DNA from: Clostridia bacterium
GTDB taxonomy: Bacteria > Bacillota > Clostridia > Christensenellales > UBA1242
Reading direction: 5' to 3'
DNA: 64,000 nt
NCBI GenBank assembly: GCA_900768545.1
Contig: CAAGDD010000004.1
Span: 17,250-81,249, forward strand
In this document: piece by piece, positions 37,427 through 47,088 of the stretch
Layout: the number at the start of each line of letters is the position of its first letter
Numbering within the stretch: position 1 is the stretch's first letter
The notes under the pieces: generated by a model
What the model saw: the letters and a program-made list of their open reading frames with translations, nothing else
The model's database searches: none
Told to the model about the DNA's origin: nothing
Position numbers and translations under genes: made by a program

Positions 37427-37763
37427 AAGAGGAGAGATATATTTTGCCGACCTTAGTCCTGTTGTTGGGAGTGAGCAAGGTGGAATTCGCCCTGTTTTAA
37501 TCATTCAAAACGATGTTGGAAACAAATATTCGCCGACAGTGATAGTGTCGGCGATAACAAGCCAACTTTCAAAAGCAAAACTCCCGACTCATATCGAACT
37601 TTCGTCAGCACTTTATCATCTTCCAAAAAATTCGGTTGTTTTGTTGGAGCAAATTCGCACGCTCGACAAACGTCGTCTTAAAGAAAAAATCACTTGCGTT
37701 GACGACACAAAAATGCGAGAAATCAATCGAGCAATCTTAATTTCGCTGGGGTTTGTCAATTAA
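37410..37763 (+). CDS. mazF: Endoribonuclease toxin MazF/EndoA (PemK family)
   Basis: [30 protein letters not shown]...KLPTHIEL...[10 protein letters not shown] is near-collinear with B. subtilis NdoA. Confidence 0.9.
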
Positions 37764-37849
37764 ATTTGCTAAAATTTAAAGCAAAGACTTTACATTTTCA
37801 AAAATATGTGATAAAATATCGTGAAAATAAATTTTAGGAGAATAAAATT

Positions 37850-38053
37850 ATGATGATCGAACCACCTATTGATGAACTTGCAAAAAGGACTGACAACAAC
37901 AAATATGTTCTTTCTGTTATCGCCGCAAAAAGAGCAAAAGAAATCGAAATTGTCCGCAGACAAGAACTTGAAACTGCCGACAAAAAATCAATCAGCATCG
38001 CTCTTGACGAAATTTATGAAGGAAAAGTTGTTCCAAGCGAAAGATTTGAATAG
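37850..38053 (+). CDS. rpoZ: DNA-directed RNA polymerase subunit omega
   Basis: 67 aa with NKYVLSVIAAKRAKEI, the typical omega core. It lies upstream of priA as in Bacillus. Confidence 0.8.
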   Translation: MMIEPPIDELAKRTDNNKYVLSVIAAKRAKEIEIVRRQELETADKKSISIALDEIYEGKVVPSERFE

Positions 38054-38087
38054 ATTTTTGATTGATATATTAAACAAAATATGTTAT

Positions 38088-38121
38088 AATTTCACTGTTT
38101 AAAAGCAGTGAAATTTTTTTT
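38088..38121 (+). terminator. Intrinsic terminator after rpoZ
   Basis: AATTTCACTG-tttaaaag-CAGTGAAATT followed by a T run. Confidence 0.7.
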
Positions 38122-38148
38122 ATTAAAATTTTGACAAAGGAGAATGAT

Positions 38149-40320
38149 TTGTTCGCAAAAGTTATTATCGACCAAGATGCAAAAGCACTCGATAAAGATT
38201 TTGAATATTCTGTGCCAGAAGATATGCAAGTTTGCGTTGGCGAAAGGGTGATTGTGCCTTTCGGCAGCAGATATTTGCAAGGCTTTATTGTGGGTTTGAG
38301 CGACAAATGTTCTTATGACGCTGACAAGGTCAAACCTATCACTCGGAAAATTGAAAACTTCCCTGTTATAAAAAAAGAGATGCTTGAGCTTATGTTTTAT
38401 ATGGCTGACAAATTGCATCTCAAACTTGCAAGTTGCCTTCGTTTGTTTTTGCCAAGTGAAATGCGAACTGACAAAATTAAAGAACTTGTTATTCGATATG
38501 TAAAACTCTCAAACAATCTTATTTTGCCTTCAAAACGCGCAAAAAAGCAATATGAAATTATTTCTTATCTTCAAGATAACGGCGAACAAAAATTTTCGGA
38601 GATGTCAAATATGTTTGGCTATGCTCCACTTTCAGCGCTTGTGAAAAATGGAAGCATTGAAGTTTTCGAAAAACAACAAAATCGTGCGCCAGTTTTTGAT
38701 GAAATCAAGAGTGAGAAAAGAGTTCTGACTCCACTTCAACAACGTGCTGTTGACACAATTTGTGAAAACAAGACTTATCTTTTGCACGGTGTGACAGGAA
38801 GCGGAAAGACCGAAGTTTATATGAATTTGATTGAACGCCAACTTTCAAAAGGAAAGACAGCGATTATGCTTGTGCCAGAAATTTCACTTACCCCACAAGT
38901 TTTGGCAAATTTCAAAGCTCGATTTGGCGAAAAGGTTGCGCTTATTCACAGCGGACTTTCGGCGGGCGAACGTTTTGACGAGTGGCGAAGATTGTTCTTT
39001 GGCGAAGCCCGCGTGGTCGTTGGAGCACGTTCGGCGATTTTCTGTCCACTTGAAAATTTGGGGATAATCATTATTGATGAAGAGCACGAACAAAGTTATG
39101 TCAGTGAGAGCAATCCGCGTTATGACACGCACATGATTGCGGAGTTTAGACGAAAATACAACGACTGCACTCTTGTTTTGGGCAGTGCGACCCCTTCGAT
39201 TGATAGTTATGCAAAGGCTCTTGACGGCGAATATCAACTTGTCGAAATGCCAGTGCGCGTCAACGGAATGGAAATGCCAAAGATTATGGTTGTTGATATG
39301 CTTTTGGAAATGCGACAAGGAAACAATCAAATTTTTTCGATCCCACTTTATTATGAACTTAAAAATGTGATAGAACAAAAAAAACAAGCGATGATTTTTA
39401 TCAATCGCCGAGGCTTTTCTTCTTTTCAAAGATGTCGTCAGTGCGGATATGTCGCAAAATGTTCGGATTGCGATGTTTCGCTTGTTTATCATGTTTATGA
39501 AAACAAACTCAAATGTCACTATTGCGGAAAGCGTTATCACGCACTTGATGTTTGCCCTAGTTGCGGCAGCACTGATATCAAACAAGGCGCGATCGGCACA
39601 GAGAGAGTTGTTGAAGAGTTGCACAAACTTTTCCCTGATGTAAAAATTTTGAGAATGGACAATGACACCACTTCAAAGAAAAATGGACATCGCCAAATTT
39701 TGAATGAATTTAGAAATTCGAAGCCTGCCATTTTGGTCGGCACTCAAATGATCGCAAAAGGTCATGATTTTGAAGATGTTTTGCTTGTGGGGATTGTTGA
39801 TGCTGACCAAAGTTTGTATCAAAGCGATTATCGTTCGATCGAACGCACTTTCCAACTTATCACACAGGTTGCGGGGCGTGCTGGGCGAAGCAGCCAACAA
39901 GGAAAGGTCATTTTGCAGACTTACAGCCCAAAACATTATGTTTATCGATTTGCGACCAATTATGATTATAAAGGCTTTTTCAAAAAAGAAGCAAATTTGA
40001 GAAAAGTGACAAACTTTCCACCTTATGCTCGCATTGTGAGAATTTTGTTTACACACGAAAACGAAAACATTGTGGCAAATGAGTGCAAGTTGTGTTATAA
40101 TAAGGTCAAAGAGATAAAGGAAAAATACAAAGAAGATTTTGTTTATCTTGATGTTATGAAAGCACCTCTAAACAAGATCAAAGGAAAATATCGTTATCAA
40201 ATAATGATGCGTTTCAAACTTGACAAAGCAGACGAGATCGAAAAATTGGTTTATGAAACTATTGATCCAAAATGCAAAAGTTCTGTCTTTTTTGAAATAA
40301 ATCCAAACAATTTAAGTTAG
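38149..40320 (+). CDS. priA: Primosomal protein N' (replication restart helicase PriA)
   Basis: Walker A GVTGSGKTEVY, DEEH, and a Cys-rich zinc insert (CRQCGY...CSDC...CHYCG...CPSCGS). Likely TTG start at 38149, 6 nt after AAGGAG, giving (M)FAKVIID. The ORF track begins at 38131. Confidence 0.9.
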   Translation: MFAKVIIDQDAKALDKDFEYSVPEDMQVCVGERVIVPFGSRYLQGFIVGLSDKCSYDADKVKPITRKIENFPVIKKEMLELMFYMADKLHLKLASCLRLFLPSEMRTDKIKELVIRYVKLSNNLILPSKRAKKQYEIISYLQDNGEQKFSEMSNMFGYAPLSALVKNGSIEVFEKQQNRAPVFDEIKSEKRVLTPLQQRAVDTICENKTYLLHGVTGSGKTEVYMNLIERQLSKGKTAIMLVPEISLTPQVLANFKARFGEKVALIHSGLSAGERFDEWRRLFFGEARVVVGARSAIFCPLENLGIIIIDEEHEQSYVSESNPRYDTHMIAEFRRKYNDCTLVLGSATPSIDSYAKALDGEYQLVEMPVRVNGMEMPKIMVVDMLLEMRQGNNQIFSIPLYYELKNVIEQKKQAMIFINRRGFSSFQRCRQCGYVAKCSDCDVSLVYHVYENKLKCHYCGKRYHALDVCPSCGSTDIKQGAIGTERVVEELHKLFPDVKILRMDNDTTSKKNGHRQILNEFRNSKPAILVGTQMIAKGHDFEDVLLVGIVDADQSLYQSDYRSIERTFQLITQVAGRAGRSSQQGKVILQTYSPKHYVYRFATNYDYKGFFKKEANLRKVTNFPPYARIVRILFTHENENIVANECKLCYNKVKEIKEKYKEDFVYLDVMKAPLNKIKGKYRYQIMMRFKLDKADEIEKLVYETIDPKCKSSVFFEINPNNLS

Positions 40321-40345
40321 TGCCGTCGGCACAAAGGAGAATATT

Positions 40346-40822
40346 ATGGCAACACGAAAAATTGTGGTTTTAGGAAATGAAACTTTGAGAAAAACATCAA
40401 AACCAGTCATTGATTTTGGCGAAGATTTATCAAAGCTTTTAGATGATATGAAAGATACCATGCTTCAAAGACACGGCGTGGGCATTGCTGCCGTTCAGGT
40501 GGGAGTGTTAAGACGCGCGATCGTGATTGAACTCGACGAAGGCGAGTATCTCGAAATCATCAATCCCGAAATTTTGAAGACAAAAGGAAAGGTAACATCA
40601 AGTGAAGGCTGTTTGAGCATTCCAAACTTTTATTGTGATGTGCCAAGACCAAGATATGTCAAAATCAAGGCTCAAAATCGAAAAGGCGAATTTTTTGAAT
40701 TTGAAGCCCAAGATTATATCGCGCGTTGTGTTTGCCACGAAATTGACCACTTGAATGGTGTTTTGTTTGTTGATTTGACAGACGAAGGAAGAGAGTATAA
40801 AGCCGAAAAAGGAGTTAAGTAA
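40346..40822 (+). CDS. def: Peptide deformylase
   Basis: GVGIAAVQVG, EGCLS and HEIDHLNG motifs. Confidence 0.95.
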   Translation: MATRKIVVLGNETLRKTSKPVIDFGEDLSKLLDDMKDTMLQRHGVGIAAVQVGVLRRAIVIELDEGEYLEIINPEILKTKGKVTSSEGCLSIPNFYCDVPRPRYVKIKAQNRKGEFFEFEAQDYIARCVCHEIDHLNGVLFVDLTDEGREYKAEKGVK

Positions 40823-41736
40823 TGAAAATTTTGTTTTTTGGAACTCCAAGATTTGCAGAAATAATCTTGCAAGGACTTTTAGACGACGGTCGCGAAGTTG
40901 TGGGAGTTGTGTGTCAAAATGACAAGCCAGCAGGACGCGGGAACAAAATGGTTTCACCACATATTGTCGAACTTGCAAAACAAAACAATTTGCCAGTTTA
41001 TCAATTTGAAAAATTGAAAGATCATATCGAAGATTTCAAAAATATTGATTATGATTTGGCGGTGACTGCGTCTTATGGAAAAATTTTGCCAGAAGCATTT
41101 TTAAATATCAAGCCATGTATAAATGTGCACCCATCAATGTTGCCAAAATATCGTGGCGCAACGCCAATTCAATCGGCACTTTTAAATGGTGACACTCAAA
41201 CTGGTGTGACTATTATGAAGACCGAAGTGGGAATGGACGACGGCGACATTTTTGTTCAACAAACTGTCGATATTTTGCCAGAAGATGATTATATTTTACT
41301 GCTTGACAAGTTGGCACAAGTTGGACTTTCGCTTTTGAAAGAAACTCTCGACAAAATCGAAAATCACACTCAAGTGAGAACAAAACAAGACGACAGCCGT
41401 GCCACTTTTGTAAAACTTATTCAAAAAGAAGACGCTCTTTTAGATTTTTCATGCCCGGTGCAAAGTTTGGTCAACAAAGTGCGCGCGTTTTGTGAAAATC
41501 CTGTTGCATTTTTCAATCTTGGCGACGACCGCATAAAGGTTTATAAAGCAAAAGTTTTTAACAATAGCACAAATTTTGAAATTGGACAAGTTTTGGAAGA
41601 CAAAAAACATTTTCTTGTTCAAGCCAAAGATGGTGTTTTTGAAATTTTGATATGTCAAGCGAGCGGCGGCAAAAAAATGGATGCAAGATCGTTTTTGAAT
41701 GGGTTTAGATTCAAAACAAGGCAGGTGACAAGATGA
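40822..41736 (+). CDS. fmt: Methionyl-tRNA formyltransferase
   Basis: MKILFFGTP..., HPSMLPKYRG and the C-terminal Fmt domain. Confidence 0.9.
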   Translation: MKILFFGTPRFAEIILQGLLDDGREVVGVVCQNDKPAGRGNKMVSPHIVELAKQNNLPVYQFEKLKDHIEDFKNIDYDLAVTASYGKILPEAFLNIKPCINVHPSMLPKYRGATPIQSALLNGDTQTGVTIMKTEVGMDDGDIFVQQTVDILPEDDYILLLDKLAQVGLSLLKETLDKIENHTQVRTKQDDSRATFVKLIQKEDALLDFSCPVQSLVNKVRAFCENPVAFFNLGDDRIKVYKAKVFNNSTNFEIGQVLEDKKHFLVQAKDGVFEILICQASGGKKMDARSFLNGFRFKTRQVTR

Positions 41737-42758
41737 TTTTAGATTTAAGTTTTCAAGAATTGTCACAATATGTAAAAAGTCTCAATGAGCCTGCATTTCG
41801 CGCAAAACAATTGTATGAAGGCTTGATGCTCGGCAAAAGTTTGAACGAAATTTCAAATCTTCCAAAAGGTTTTAAAGAAAAAATTGAAAAAAATTATCCA
41901 AAATACGAAGTTGTGGCGCACCTTGTGAGCAAAGACGAAACTCAAAAGGTTGCACTCAAATTTGAAGACGGAAGCATTATTGAAAGCGTGCTTTTGAAAT
42001 ATAAATATGGCTACACTGTGTGCGTTTCGACTCAGGTTGGCTGTCGAATGGGCTGCAAGTTTTGCGCTTCGACCTTAAATGGCTTGAAAAGAAATCTCTC
42101 TGCTGGCGAAATTTTGACACAAGTTTTGTTTTTCAATCACCTTTTGGGAGCAACTTTGAAAGAGAGAAAAGTGACAAATATCGTGCTTATGGGTTGCGGC
42201 GAGCCACTTGACAATTATGACAATGTGACAAAGTTTTTAAGACTTGTTTCTGCCGAAGAAGGACTTAATATCAGCCAAAGAAACATATCTCTTTCGACTT
42301 GCGGAATTGTGCCCAACATTTACAAACTTGCTGACGACAACTTTAATGTGACTTTGACCATTTCGCTTCACGCACCAAATGACGAACTTCGAAAGACCAT
42401 TATGCCAATCGCAAATGCATATAAGATCGAAGAAATTTTGAAAGCGTGCGATTATTATTTTAACAAAACTGGCAGACGAATTGCGTTTGAATATTCACTT
42501 ATCAGTGGCGTGAACGACACTGACGAGATGATTGATCAGTTGGGACATCTTTTGAAGGGACGTCCTTGCATTGTAAATTTGATTCCGCTCAACTCTGTAA
42601 AAGAAAAAAAACTTATTGGTGCGACACGAAAGCGAGGGTATGTTATTGTTGGAAAACTTGAAAAGTTTGGCATAACTGCGACCGTTCGACGCACAATGGG
42701 CGAAGATATTGAAGGAGCGTGCGGTCAACTTCGAAATCGTGTGGGAGGAGCAAAGTGA
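41733..42758 (+). CDS. rlmN: 23S rRNA/tRNA (adenine-C2)-methyltransferase RlmN (radical SAM)
   Basis: FRAKQLYE N-terminus, CRMGCKFC radical-SAM cluster and the GACGQL C-terminus. Confidence 0.9.
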   Translation: MILDLSFQELSQYVKSLNEPAFRAKQLYEGLMLGKSLNEISNLPKGFKEKIEKNYPKYEVVAHLVSKDETQKVALKFEDGSIIESVLLKYKYGYTVCVSTQVGCRMGCKFCASTLNGLKRNLSAGEILTQVLFFNHLLGATLKERKVTNIVLMGCGEPLDNYDNVTKFLRLVSAEEGLNISQRNISLSTCGIVPNIYKLADDNFNVTLTISLHAPNDELRKTIMPIANAYKIEEILKACDYYFNKTGRRIAFEYSLISGVNDTDEMIDQLGHLLKGRPCIVNLIPLNSVKEKKLIGATRKRGYVIVGKLEKFGITATVRRTMGEDIEGACGQLRNRVGGAK

Positions 42759-43603
42759 GAAAGTGCCTAGTTTTAAAAAAGCAAGCGGATCAATTTTCTG
42801 TCGAACTTGAAAACGGTGAAGTTTTGATATGCTGTGCAAGAAAAAACTTAAAAAAAGACGGCATTTTTGTTGGCGACCGAGTTTTTTTGGACGATGACAA
42901 CACGATTTTCAAAATTGACAAACGAAAAAACTTGTTGGTGCGTCCACCAATGGCAAATTTGGACAAGATGTTTATTGTTGTCGCACCAGTGCCAAAGCCT
43001 GATTTTTATACAGTTGACAAACTTTTGTTGTTTTGCAAATTGTCAAACATAAAGCCAATCGTGTGCATAAACAAAAGCGATTTAAACATTGAAGAATGTC
43101 AAAAAATCGAAAATTTGTATAAAGATTTGGCAAAGACTTTTGTGTTTTCAAGTTTGGATCAAAGCGTCGATGTTTTGCTTGATGAGATTGATGGAATTTG
43201 TGTTTTGGCGGGGCAAAGTGCTGTTGGAAAGTCGTCGATTATCAACGCACTGAAAAAAGAACTTGTTTCAAAAGTTGACACTTTTAGCAAAAAGATTGAA
43301 AGGGGAAAACAGACCACTCGAACTGTTCAAATCTTCAAATTTGGCGAAAACAAATATCTTGCGGACACTGCTGGATTTTCAAAACTTGACGAGCGACTTT
43401 TGGATTTGAAAGAAAGCGAAATCAAAGACTATTATGACGACTTTTTAAAGTTTGCTTATGAGTGCAAATATAAATCTTGTTTGCACACGACCGACAAAGA
43501 TTGCGGGATTTGCAAGGCTGTTAAAGCGGGAAAAATTTCAAAGATAAGATATGAAAATTACAAAAAAATGTATGAAATTGTGAAAAATATTAAAAAATTT
43601 TGA
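42755..43603 (+). CDS. rsgA: Ribosome small-subunit biogenesis GTPase RsgA
   Basis: The GTG at 42755 follows GGGAGGAG and overlaps the rlmN stop (GTGA). NKSDL, GQSAVGKSS and C-terminal Cys/His zinc motif CLHT..DC..C. Confidence 0.85.
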   Translation: MRKCLVLKKQADQFSVELENGEVLICCARKNLKKDGIFVGDRVFLDDDNTIFKIDKRKNLLVRPPMANLDKMFIVVAPVPKPDFYTVDKLLLFCKLSNIKPIVCINKSDLNIEECQKIENLYKDLAKTFVFSSLDQSVDVLLDEIDGICVLAGQSAVGKSSIINALKKELVSKVDTFSKKIERGKQTTRTVQIFKFGENKYLADTAGFSKLDERLLDLKESEIKDYYDDFLKFAYECKYKSCLHTTDKDCGICKAVKAGKISKIRYENYKKMYEIVKNIKKF

Positions 43604-43648
43604 TTTTTTTATGAATTTTTGTTAAAATTTTATCAAAATGGAGCGTTT

Positions 43649-44317
43649 ATGAAAAGAAATGTTGATGTGGCAGTTTCGACTGACCCTATTGAGGATTTTC
43701 AAAATATGATTGATTATGCAAAAAAAATGCAAGGCGTTGCTGACTTTTTGCATTGCGACATTATGAACAAAAATTTTGTTCAAAAAGATACTTATGATTA
43801 CTATCTTGTGGCAAATATAAATCGAAATTCTTTGATTATGCTTGATGTTCATCTGATGGTCGATGAGCCAAGTGGCGATGTGCCAAAATATATCGAAGCG
43901 GGCGCAAACATCGTCACTGTTCATTATGAAGCATTTGAAGACAAAGAAGAACTTGCCGATACAATCAATTTTATCAAACAAAATCACACTTTGGCGGGGT
44001 TGGCACTCAAACCTGCGACACCTTTTAAAGATATCCGCTCTTTTGCTTACAACTGCGATGTTATTTTGGTTATGGGTGTTGAGCCGGGCGCAAGCGGACA
44101 AGAACTTATCGAAGCGATGTTTGACAAGGTCAAAGAAATCGACAATTTTAGAAAAGAAAACAATCTTCATTTCAAGATTGAATTTGACGGCGGCGTTAAT
44201 CCACAAAACGCTCAAAAACTTATTGACGCTGGCGTTGATATTTTGGTCAGTGGCTCTTATGTTTTCAAAAGTGAAGATCGCGCAAATGCTGTCAAAATTT
44301 TGAAGGGTGAAGAATAA
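43649..44317 (+). CDS. rpe: Ribulose-phosphate 3-epimerase (divergent)
   Basis: HCDIM, LDVHLMV, MGVEPG and EFDGGV motifs align with Rpe metal and catalytic positions. Synteny after rsgA fits. Confidence 0.7.
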   Translation: MKRNVDVAVSTDPIEDFQNMIDYAKKMQGVADFLHCDIMNKNFVQKDTYDYYLVANINRNSLIMLDVHLMVDEPSGDVPKYIEAGANIVTVHYEAFEDKEELADTINFIKQNHTLAGLALKPATPFKDIRSFAYNCDVILVMGVEPGASGQELIEAMFDKVKEIDNFRKENNLHFKIEFDGGVNPQNAQKLIDAGVDILVSGSYVFKSEDRANAVKILKGEE

Positions 44318-44337
44318 ATTCTACAAAAAGGATAAAT

Positions 44338-44994
44338 ATGATCAAGACGATTATTTTTGATTTTGATGACACTTTATATTTTGGAGATGTTTGGCAAGAC
44401 CTTCCACAATTTTGGCTTTCGGCTTTTGAAACGCTGTTCAAGAGCAAAGAGAAAGCGCAAAAGGTGTTTGACAAATACAAAATTGACTCGACCGTTTCGC
44501 ATGCTTATGTTGTGCAATGCTTGCAAAAAGAACATGTTTCAAACTTGAAATTGAAAAAATATCTTAGCGACAACTTTTATTTTCACTCCGGCGGGTGTTT
44601 GAAAGTTAAGACAATCGACAGCGATGTTTTGAAACACTTGGCGGAAAAATGCAATTTATATATTGTTTCAATTTCAAGCGAAAAATATTTGGATTATTAC
44701 ACAAGACTTTATAAAATAAATCAAAAACACTTCAAAAAAATGTGCTCGGTGGATATTTTTGCAAGGGACAAAACAAAAACCCCACTTTATAAACGCATTT
44801 TGAAAGAAGAAAAAGTTTTGCCAGAAGAAGTTTTGGTGATTGGAAACAACGCTCGCACAGATTTAGAGCCTGCTCAAAAACTTGGAATGAAAACTTTTCT
44901 TTTTGAAAGATCTTTTGAAAAACTTTATGACTTTTTGTCAAAACAAAATGTTTTGGAAAATTCGAAAATTGAAGAAAATGAAAGAGAAAAATAA
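44338..44994 (+). CDS. HAD-superfamily hydrolase
   Basis: IIFDFDDTL motif I and a late GNNARTD motif. Confidence 0.7.
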   Translation: MIKTIIFDFDDTLYFGDVWQDLPQFWLSAFETLFKSKEKAQKVFDKYKIDSTVSHAYVVQCLQKEHVSNLKLKKYLSDNFYFHSGGCLKVKTIDSDVLKHLAEKCNLYIVSISSEKYLDYYTRLYKINQKHFKKMCSVDIFARDKTKTPLYKRILKEEKVLPEEVLVIGNNARTDLEPAQKLGMKTFLFERSFEKLYDFLSKQNVLENSKIEENEREK

Positions 44995-45187
44995 AAACAA
45001 ACGAAAGGCTTTGCTTAAATTGCATAGTCTTTTTTTGATTTGTTTGCAGTTTTTTATAAAATTGTTGTTATCAAAATGATGGCTATTATTTTTAAAACAA
45101 TATAAAAATATGTTTAAGAAGTGTATTTTTAAGATTTCCAAAAGTGCGGGCTGTGACAGACCATTTAAAATTGTTTGATTTCGACGT

Positions 45188-45216
45188 TTGACAAGTTTGA
45201 AAATATGTTATATAAT
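45188..45216 (+). promoter_or_regulatory. Consensus sigma-A promoter of the ABC-F leader
   Basis: TTGACA - 17 nt - TATAAT, both hexamers perfect. Confidence 0.7.
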
Positions 45217-45222
45217 CAAAAT

Positions 45223-45252
45223 ATGAGGTATCATTCTGTCATCATGTACTAA
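45223..45252 (+). CDS. Candidate 9-codon leader ORF MRYHSVIMY
   Basis: The ATG begins 7 nt after the -10 box, so it may be leaderless. It is followed by a terminator-like hairpin before the ABC-F gene. Confidence 0.3.
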   Translation: MRYHSVIMY

Positions 45253-45265
45253 AAACGCTGGGATA

Positions 45266-45294
45266 GTGTTGTGCGTGTCACAACATAGTTTTTT
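45266..45294 (+). terminator. Candidate attenuator/terminator in the ABC-F leader
   Basis: TGTTGTG-cgtgt-CACAACA then TAGTTTTTT, 27 nt upstream of the ABC-F start. Confidence 0.45.
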
Positions 45295-45321
45295 GCAGCA
45301 ATATATTTTTGGAGAACAGAT

Positions 45322-46968
45322 ATGATTATTTTAGATGTAAACAAAGTGTCCAAAAATTTTGGATTTGGACAGCTTTTTGAAAATATTTCTTTTTCGCTAA
45401 ATGAAGGCGAAACAATTTCAGTTGTTGGACCAAACGGGTGCGGCAAGTCAACACTTTTGAAGTTGATCGCCGGCATTGAGCGTCTTGACAGTGGAACAAT
45501 AAATATAAAAAAAGATGCGAAGGTCGCTTATTTGGATCAGACCAGTTCGAGCATCAAAGATGATAGAAAAGTTTATGAGATATTAAAAGACGCTTTTTCA
45601 AATTTAAATCAAATGGAAGAGCGACTGAGTTTTTTGCAGTCAAAATTAAACGAAAATTTGAGTGAAGACGAATATAATCAAACTTTGCAAAGATATTGCA
45701 GTTTGCTTGAAAAGTTTTCTCTTGAAGGCGGCTATGATATTGATGTAAACATCAGCGTGGTCGCGCAGGGATTGAAAATTGGCAAAGATTTGCTTGAAAA
45801 ACCTTACACAAATTTGTCGGGCGGTGAAAAAACTCTCGTGTCGTTGGCAAGAGAACTTTTGCGAAAGCCAGACTTGTTTTTGCTTGATGAACCGACAAAC
45901 CATTTGGATATTGAGCGAATCGAGTGGCTTGAAAATTATATAAAATCATTCAAGGGTGCGGCGGTCATTGTTTCACACGATAGATATTTTTTGGACAGAA
46001 TGTCAAACAAGATTTTGTCGCTTGATGGAAACAAGCCAAAAATTTATGCGACCAATTATTCGGGATATTTGAAAGAGCGAGAGCGCGATTTTGAAGCGCA
46101 AATGGCTGAATACAAAGACCAGCAAGAAGTGATGAAAAGGCTTGAAACACAGATCAAATATTTTGCCGAAAGGGGAATGGCGACAAATAGTTCGTCTTTG
46201 TGTGACCGAGCACATTCTTTGCAGACCCAACTTGACCGAATGAAGAAAAATGCAGTTGAAAAGCCTAGACGGGCGAAAAAACTTGATGTTGATTTTGACA
46301 GACTTCGAAAGTCGAGTAAGCGCGTGATCGAAGCGAAAGACCTTTCGGTTAGTGTGCCAAACGGAAAAACAATTTTGGACAAAATTAATTTGCATATATG
46401 TGCAGGTGAAAGGGTGACGATTATCGGCGCAAACGGAAGCGGCAAATCGACTTTTTTGAAGACTGTGATGAATGTTCAAGATTTGCCGATTAGCGGCGAA
46501 CTTTTTGTTGGTCCGAGCGTCAAAATTGGATATCTTCCACAGATTATCGAGTTTGAAAATGAAGACCAAAAACTTTTGGATTGTTTTAGAGAAGAAACGT
46601 GCGTGCACGAAGAAACCGCGCGAAAGATTTTGGCAAACTTCCAATTTTATAAAGATGATGTCGACAAAAAAGTCAAAAATTTGTCTGGTGGCGAAAAAAT
46701 AAGGGTGAAACTTGCGCTTTTGTTGCAACAAAAAATAAATACGCTCATCTTTGACGAGCCGACAAACCATATTGATATTCCAACCAAAGAAGTGCTCGAA
46801 GATGCACTTGAAAAGTTTGATGGAACGCTGATATTTGTCAGTCACGACAGATATTTTATAAACAAGTTTGCAGACCGAACAATTGAGTTTGAAAATGGTC
46901 ACGCGACTTCATATTTGGGCGGCTATGATTATTATAAAGCCGAAAAAACAAAAAAGAAGAATGTTTAG
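45322..46968 (+). CDS. ABC-F family ATPase (two ABC domains, no TM domain)
   Basis: 548 aa with two Walker A motifs (GPNGCGKST, GANGSGKST), two signatures (LSGGEK x2) and a charged inter-domain linker. Confidence 0.9.
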   Translation: MIILDVNKVSKNFGFGQLFENISFSLNEGETISVVGPNGCGKSTLLKLIAGIERLDSGTINIKKDAKVAYLDQTSSSIKDDRKVYEILKDAFSNLNQMEERLSFLQSKLNENLSEDEYNQTLQRYCSLLEKFSLEGGYDIDVNISVVAQGLKIGKDLLEKPYTNLSGGEKTLVSLARELLRKPDLFLLDEPTNHLDIERIEWLENYIKSFKGAAVIVSHDRYFLDRMSNKILSLDGNKPKIYATNYSGYLKERERDFEAQMAEYKDQQEVMKRLETQIKYFAERGMATNSSSLCDRAHSLQTQLDRMKKNAVEKPRRAKKLDVDFDRLRKSSKRVIEAKDLSVSVPNGKTILDKINLHICAGERVTIIGANGSGKSTFLKTVMNVQDLPISGELFVGPSVKIGYLPQIIEFENEDQKLLDCFREETCVHEETARKILANFQFYKDDVDKKVKNLSGGEKIRVKLALLLQQKINTLIFDEPTNHIDIPTKEVLEDALEKFDGTLIFVSHDRYFINKFADRTIEFENGHATSYLGGYDYYKAEKTKKKNV

Positions 46969-47088
46969 TCAACAATTTTTGAAACAAATACAAAAAGGAA
47001 CATTTCATTGTTTCCTTTTTTATTGTATAAGTTTTAAAACTATCAATCTTTATTTGCTCCAAATAGCAAAATATGATAACATTGAATT

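Noticed and set aside
38884-39624. Long antisense ORFs lie inside strongly supported genes, for example 38884-39624 (-) in priA. Others are 6531-7439 (-) in dnaE, 46003-46902 (-) in ABC-F, 55629-56273 (-) in ppdK, 49618-50379 (-) over marR/plsC, 4109-4744 (-) and 43622-44215 (-).
   Set aside because: They are shadow ORFs, typical of AT-rich genomes with few stop codons on the opposite strand. None has a motif, and each fully overlaps a gene with clear catalytic signatures.
40322-40334. A small hairpin GTGCC-gtc-GGCAC lies between priA and def and resembles H1 of element E.
   Set aside because: It is too short (5-bp stem) to call as a feature on its own. It is mentioned under element E only as a possible related fragment.
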